Origin: Planctomycetota bacterium
Lineage (GTDB): Bacteria > Planctomycetota > UBA1135 > UBA2386
Reading direction: 5' to 3'
DNA length: 64,000 nucleotides
Assembly (NCBI GenBank): GCA_965228735.1
Contig: OZ245838.1
Coordinates: 5,056,001 to 5,120,000, forward strand
Shown: piece by piece, positions 59,892-64,000 of the stretch
Position numbering within the stretch: position 1 is the first letter of the stretch
Layout: every line of letters starts with the position of its first letter
Position numbers and translations under genes: made by a program
The notes under the pieces: model-generated
Databases searched by the model: none
What the model saw: only the letters and a program-made list of their open reading frames with translations
What the model was told of the DNA's origin: nothing

Positions 59892-60503
59892 ATGAGAACG
59901 TCCAGTATCGTCCGATCGTCCCTGATCCTCCTGCTCGCGTTCGGCGCGGCGTGTCGCGGCACGATCGATCGCCGTGTCGACCCCGACATGGCCGACCCCG
60001 TGGGCGGGGCGAATCTCCGCAGTCAGGACATCCGGTCCATGGCCGATGCGATGGCGCGCGACATCAAGGCGTTCGGTGTCCTCAAGAACGCGCCGCAGGG
60101 TGAGAGCGTCCGGTTCTTCACGACCGGCCTCGTCAACGAGTCGTCGGATCCGATCAATTCGACGATCATCACGACCAAGCTGCGGACCAACCTGTTCAAC
60201 GCGTTCGGCGGCCAGGTCGAGATCCTCGATCGCAGCCCGGAAGCGCTCGAGCTGATCAAGAGCGAGCGCGCGGCGAAGCGTTCCGGCGCCGTCGAGGGCA
60301 ACCCGAGCAAGCAGGGCAACGTCCTCGGCGCCGACTACGTGCTCAAGGGCCGCATCCAGGACCGCGTGCTGCAATCCAGCGACCGCAAGTCGGCCTACTA
60401 CCTCGTGACCTTCGAGCTCACCGATCTCGAGACGTCGCGCCTCATGTGGACCGGCGACTACGAAGCCAAGTTCGACTCCGAGAAGTCGGTGATCGCGCGG
60501 TAG
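59892..60503 (+). CDS. lpoB: LpoB-like lipoprotein (PBP activator / CsgG-like fold)
   Basis: Lipobox GAAC; GADYVLKGRI...YYLVTFELTDLETSRLMW. Confidence 0.7.
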   Translation: MRTSSIVRSSLILLLAFGAACRGTIDRRVDPDMADPVGGANLRSQDIRSMADAMARDIKAFGVLKNAPQGESVRFFTTGLVNESSDPINSTIITTKLRTNLFNAFGGQVEILDRSPEALELIKSERAAKRSGAVEGNPSKQGNVLGADYVLKGRIQDRVLQSSDRKSAYYLVTFELTDLETSRLMWTGDYEAKFDSEKSVIAR

Positions 60504-60507
60504 AGCC

Positions 60508-61713
60508 ATGCGGCGCGGGTTCCTCTCGATGGCCGGCTGTGCGCTGCTCGGCGCCTGCTCGGTCGGCATGCCCGACGTGCCGCTCCGGCGGTTCGTCGCC
60601 GGCGATATCGAGAGCGTGCGCACCGTGCTCGAGGGCGAGCTGCAGAACGGCTACCCCGAGAACGAGGCCCTCGTGCGCAACATCCTCGGGCAGTGCGAGC
60701 TGCTGCTCGGCGACCTCGACGCGGCATTCCGCCACTTCGGGACCGCGGGTCGCATCATGGGCAACTGGTCGACGAGCGGCGGCGAGGAGTTCGCCGCGAT
60801 CGTCGGCAGCGAGGGCAGCAAGAACTACCGCGGCGATCCCTACGAGAAGGGGATGAACGCGTTCTATCTGGCCCTCACCTACCTGTGGCGCGGCGAGTCG
60901 GACAACGCGCGCGCGGCGCTCAAGCGCGGCATCCTCGCGGACGCCGAAGTGGCCGATGAGAAGTATCAGGCCGACAACCCGCTGCTGTTCTGGATGGCCG
61001 GTCGCATGAGTCTGCTCATGGGCCTCGAGGACGACGCCACGGGCTTCTTCGACGAGGCGCGAACGGCCGACGAGTTCGCAGCGCAGCACGGTTCGCGCAG
61101 CGACACGCAGGACGAGGTGATCGGCGCGCCGGAGAGCGGCAACGTCGTGCTCCTGTTCGAGTGCGGACTCGGCCCCGAGAAGATCGCGGCGGGCAGGATG
61201 GGCGAGCTCGCGCGGTTTCGTTCCGTCTACCACCCGGCGCAGCGCGCGCGCGTGACGCTCGACGGCGAAGAGCTCGGCACCTCCGTCGTGCTCTGCGACC
61301 TCGACTATCAGGCGACGACGCTCGGCGGCACCGCGATGGAGGGCATCCGCAAGGGCAAGGCCGTCTTCAAGACGGGCGCGCTCGTCAGCGGCGCGACGCT
61401 GCTGCGCGCGAGCTCCCGGATGCGGGGCGACAAGGCCCGCACCGCGGCGATCGTCGGCGGTGGGCTGCTCGCGCTGTCGTTCCTGACGCGCAGCGAGGCG
61501 GACACGCGGCACTGGCCGACGCTGCCCGGCTCCGTCCAGGTCCTGTGCGCCGACATCGAGCCCGGCGCGCACGACCTCGTCATCGATTTCCTCGACGGCT
61601 CCGGCCGCGCGCTGCCGGACCTCCAGCAGCGCTTCGCGATCGACGTCCCGACGGACGGCGAGAGCTGGTTCCTGTTCCGTTCGTTGCCCGGCCTCGACCG
61701 GATCGCCTCCTGA
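60508..61713 (+). CDS. TPR lipoprotein (COG3014-like)
   Basis: Lipobox LGAC; YRGDPYEK, ADTRHWPTLP. Confidence 0.75.
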   Translation: MRRGFLSMAGCALLGACSVGMPDVPLRRFVAGDIESVRTVLEGELQNGYPENEALVRNILGQCELLLGDLDAAFRHFGTAGRIMGNWSTSGGEEFAAIVGSEGSKNYRGDPYEKGMNAFYLALTYLWRGESDNARAALKRGILADAEVADEKYQADNPLLFWMAGRMSLLMGLEDDATGFFDEARTADEFAAQHGSRSDTQDEVIGAPESGNVVLLFECGLGPEKIAAGRMGELARFRSVYHPAQRARVTLDGEELGTSVVLCDLDYQATTLGGTAMEGIRKGKAVFKTGALVSGATLLRASSRMRGDKARTAAIVGGGLLALSFLTRSEADTRHWPTLPGSVQVLCADIEPGAHDLVIDFLDGSGRALPDLQQRFAIDVPTDGESWFLFRSLPGLDRIAS

Positions 61714-61722
61714 GACAACCCT

Positions 61723-62127
61723 ATGAAGAACCGACTCGCATCGACCCTGTCCCTCGGCCTGCTGCTCGGGCTGTCCGCCTGCGCCGCGCGGCCGTACCCG
61801 GCCTACGCGATCGAGAACGACGCCGAGGCGGTATCCAACGTCGTCGTCAGCGACGGCTCGCTGCAGGACGTCGTGCGCATCGGGCGCGACCTCGTCGAGC
61901 GCAAGAACGACGGCCTGAAGGTCATCGTGCCGGTGCGCAACATCGACAGCGAGGGCATCGAGGTGCTCGCGCAGATCAGCTTCCTCGACGTCGACCGCCG
62001 CCCCGTCGGTGACACGTCCAACCGCCGCGTCGTGCTCATCGGTGCGGGGAGCACGGTCGACATGGAGTGGTTCTCGCTGCGCGAGGAAGCGGCGGACTAC
62101 ACGTTGCGGTTGTCGTGGAACAAGTGA
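61723..62127 (+). CDS. YcfL/DUF1425-like lipoprotein
   Basis: Lipobox LSAC; small Ig-like beta domain; context with the LpoB-like gene. Confidence 0.65.
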   Translation: MKNRLASTLSLGLLLGLSACAARPYPAYAIENDAEAVSNVVVSDGSLQDVVRIGRDLVERKNDGLKVIVPVRNIDSEGIEVLAQISFLDVDRRPVGDTSNRRVVLIGAGSTVDMEWFSLREEAADYTLRLSWNK

Positions 62128-62134
62128 GGCGATC

Positions 62135-62662
62135 ATGGTGACGACGAAGACGACGTTCCTGTTGCTGGGTCTCGTGCTGCCGTTCGCGGCGTGCGTGGGA
62201 CCGTCGTATGCCGAGCGCGGGGATCCCGTCCCGCCGGCCGCGCCGCAGAAGGTGCGCGTCGAGCGTGGCTCCGACCTGCCACCGGCGAACGAGGCCGCGA
62301 CCGAGGCGTGGCTCACGGACCAGATCGAGAAGGCGCCGAAGGTCGAGGAGCCCGAGCGGCCGGAGTTGCCGCCGCTGCGGGATCCGTTCGATGGCCCCGA
62401 TTCCCGGGATCGCTGGGACGAGTTCGGCTACGAGGCCGACTACGGGCCGTATCGCGACCACTACTACCGGCCGGTCTACGGGCGCACGGGCTACTACGAT
62501 CCCTACGGTTACTACGGCCGCCCCTACCGCCGGTCGACGTTCCCGATCAACACCGCGATCGGCGCGGGCGTCGGCGCGATCATTGGCCACCAGCAGGGCC
62601 GGCGCGGCCGCGGCGCGCTGATCGGCGGCGGCATCGGCTTGCTGTTCGACTCGCTGCGCTGA
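62135..62662 (+). CDS. Glycine-zipper lipoprotein
   Basis: Lipobox FAAC; Tyr-rich segment; IGAGVGAIIG...GALIGGGIG. Confidence 0.75.
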   Translation: MVTTKTTFLLLGLVLPFAACVGPSYAERGDPVPPAAPQKVRVERGSDLPPANEAATEAWLTDQIEKAPKVEEPERPELPPLRDPFDGPDSRDRWDEFGYEADYGPYRDHYYRPVYGRTGYYDPYGYYGRPYRRSTFPINTAIGAGVGAIIGHQQGRRGRGALIGGGIGLLFDSLR

Positions 62663-62713
62663 CCGTTCCGCGGTCGAGTTGGTTCCAGGAAGACCCCCTG
62701 CTAGCCTGCGGCG

Positions 62714-63958
62714 GTGAGCAATCCGACCGTCGCCAACTTCGCCGTCCGCGGGCATCTGATCGACTCCGGCCTGCTGTCGGACGCGCTCGAGGCCGTGCAG
62801 GCCGCGGGCGCCACGTATCGCATCGTGCGTCTCGAGATCGGCACCGCGCGCGCCGACGAGAGCGAGCTCGAGCTCGAGGTCACGGCGCCGGACGGCCGCG
62901 TGTTCGAGCGCGCGTGTGACGATCTGATGTCACTGGGTCTGAGCGAGACCGCGACGCAGGACGCCGTGCTCCAGGAGGTCGAGAAGGACGGCGTGGCGCC
63001 ACAAGGCTTCTACTCGACGACCAACATCGCCACCGAGGTGCGGATGAAAGGGTCGTGGGTGGCGGTCGCCGATCAGCGCATGGATGCGACCGTGGTCGTC
63101 GACGAAGCGGCCAGGACGGCGCGCTGCGTCAAGCTGCGCGACCTCGTCACCGGGCAGCGCGTCGTGGCCGGTCACGCTGGCGTGCGCCTGACGCCGCAGA
63201 CGTCGCGCAAGCTGCAGGAGAACAAGTTCGGGTTCATGCAGAGCGAGGCGAGCTCCGAACGGCGCCTGCCCGCGCAGGTCGCCGAGGTCGTCGAGGCCTG
63301 GCGCCGCGTGCAGCAGGAGGGTCGCAAGGTCATTCTCGTCGCGGGCCCGGTCGTCGTGCACGTCGGCGCCGCCCCAGTGCTCGCCGCGATCCTGCGCGCG
63401 GGGCTCGTCGACGGCCTGCTGAGCGGCAACGCGCTCGCCGTCCACGACATCGAGGCGGCCTATTTCGGCACGAGCCTCGGCATCGACCTCGAGACGGGCG
63501 CGCCGGCCGTGCACGGTCACATGCATCACATGCGCGCGATCAACCGCATCCGGCGCGAGGGCAGCATCGCCAACGCGGTGCAGAACGGTGAGCTCACGAC
63601 GGGCGTCATGCACGCCGCCGTCGAGGCCGAGGTGCCGTTCTGCCTCGCGGGGTCGATCCGCGACGACGGGCCGTTGCCCGACACCGAGATGGACCTGATC
63701 AAGGCGCAGGCCGAATACGCGAAGATCGTCGAGAACGCGGGCCTCGTCGTGATCCTGAGCACGATGCTGCACGGCATCGGCACGGGGAACATGATCCCGG
63801 CCGACGTGATGACGGTGTGCGTCGACATCCACCCGGCGGTCGTGAGCAAGCTCAGCGATCGCGGCTCGGCGCAGAGCAAGGGCATCGTGACGGATGTCGG
63901 CGCGTTCCTGCTCGAGGTCAGCAGGCAGCTCGGCGTCGAGGTGCCCGAGCGGAAGTAG
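62714..63958 (+). CDS. TIGR00300-family protein (LOR/SDH conserved domain, ornithine cyclodeaminase-like)
   Basis: GHLIDSG, FYSTTN, SGNALAVHDIE, LAGSIRDDGPLP, VTDVG. Confidence 0.88.
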   Translation: MSNPTVANFAVRGHLIDSGLLSDALEAVQAAGATYRIVRLEIGTARADESELELEVTAPDGRVFERACDDLMSLGLSETATQDAVLQEVEKDGVAPQGFYSTTNIATEVRMKGSWVAVADQRMDATVVVDEAARTARCVKLRDLVTGQRVVAGHAGVRLTPQTSRKLQENKFGFMQSEASSERRLPAQVAEVVEAWRRVQQEGRKVILVAGPVVVHVGAAPVLAAILRAGLVDGLLSGNALAVHDIEAAYFGTSLGIDLETGAPAVHGHMHHMRAINRIRREGSIANAVQNGELTTGVMHAAVEAEVPFCLAGSIRDDGPLPDTEMDLIKAQAEYAKIVENAGLVVILSTMLHGIGTGNMIPADVMTVCVDIHPAVVSKLSDRGSAQSKGIVTDVGAFLLEVSRQLGVEVPERK

Positions 63959-64000
63959 CTCACCGAGAACGGTTTGAGATAGTCCAGGCGGGGCTCGAGT

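Overview
High-GC bacterial chromosome segment. Planctomycetota is inferred from gene style: an ECF sigma factor fused to carboxypeptidase-regulatory-like repeats, a sulfatase, many secreted A|Q proteins and a BlaI/M56 pair. Bases 1-8405 are the right-hand part of an element integrated at tRNA-Asp(GTC). It holds the duplicated tRNA 3' half (att), a phage-type integrase, two Xis-like HTH genes, a second XerC-like recombinase, an orphan Phd antitoxin and unknown cargo genes. Its gene boundaries carry a family of 28-bp 11-6-11 dyad sites (consensus ACGTGCGACTT-N6-CTGTCGCACGW), one just after the second recombinase. This is the best candidate for an undescribed cassette or inversion system. The rest is mostly backbone: SGNH hydrolase, ECF fusion, IS1182 remnant, MFS, choice-of-anchor B protein, ZntB/CorA, MscK, sulfatase, ppk1, pilT, DUF5916 protein, BlaI-M56 with operators, glcDEF, gpmI, M28 peptidase, MoxR/DUF58/transglutaminase, an LpoB/YcfL cluster and a TIGR00300 protein. 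A complete group II intron (33476-35467, EBS/IBS pairing visible) sits in one arm of a REP/MITE-like inverted repeat. Four unrelated secreted proteins share an apparently unnamed C-terminal domain. No CRISPR, rRNA or intact tRNA was seen. All family calls come from motif recognition by eye, not database searches.
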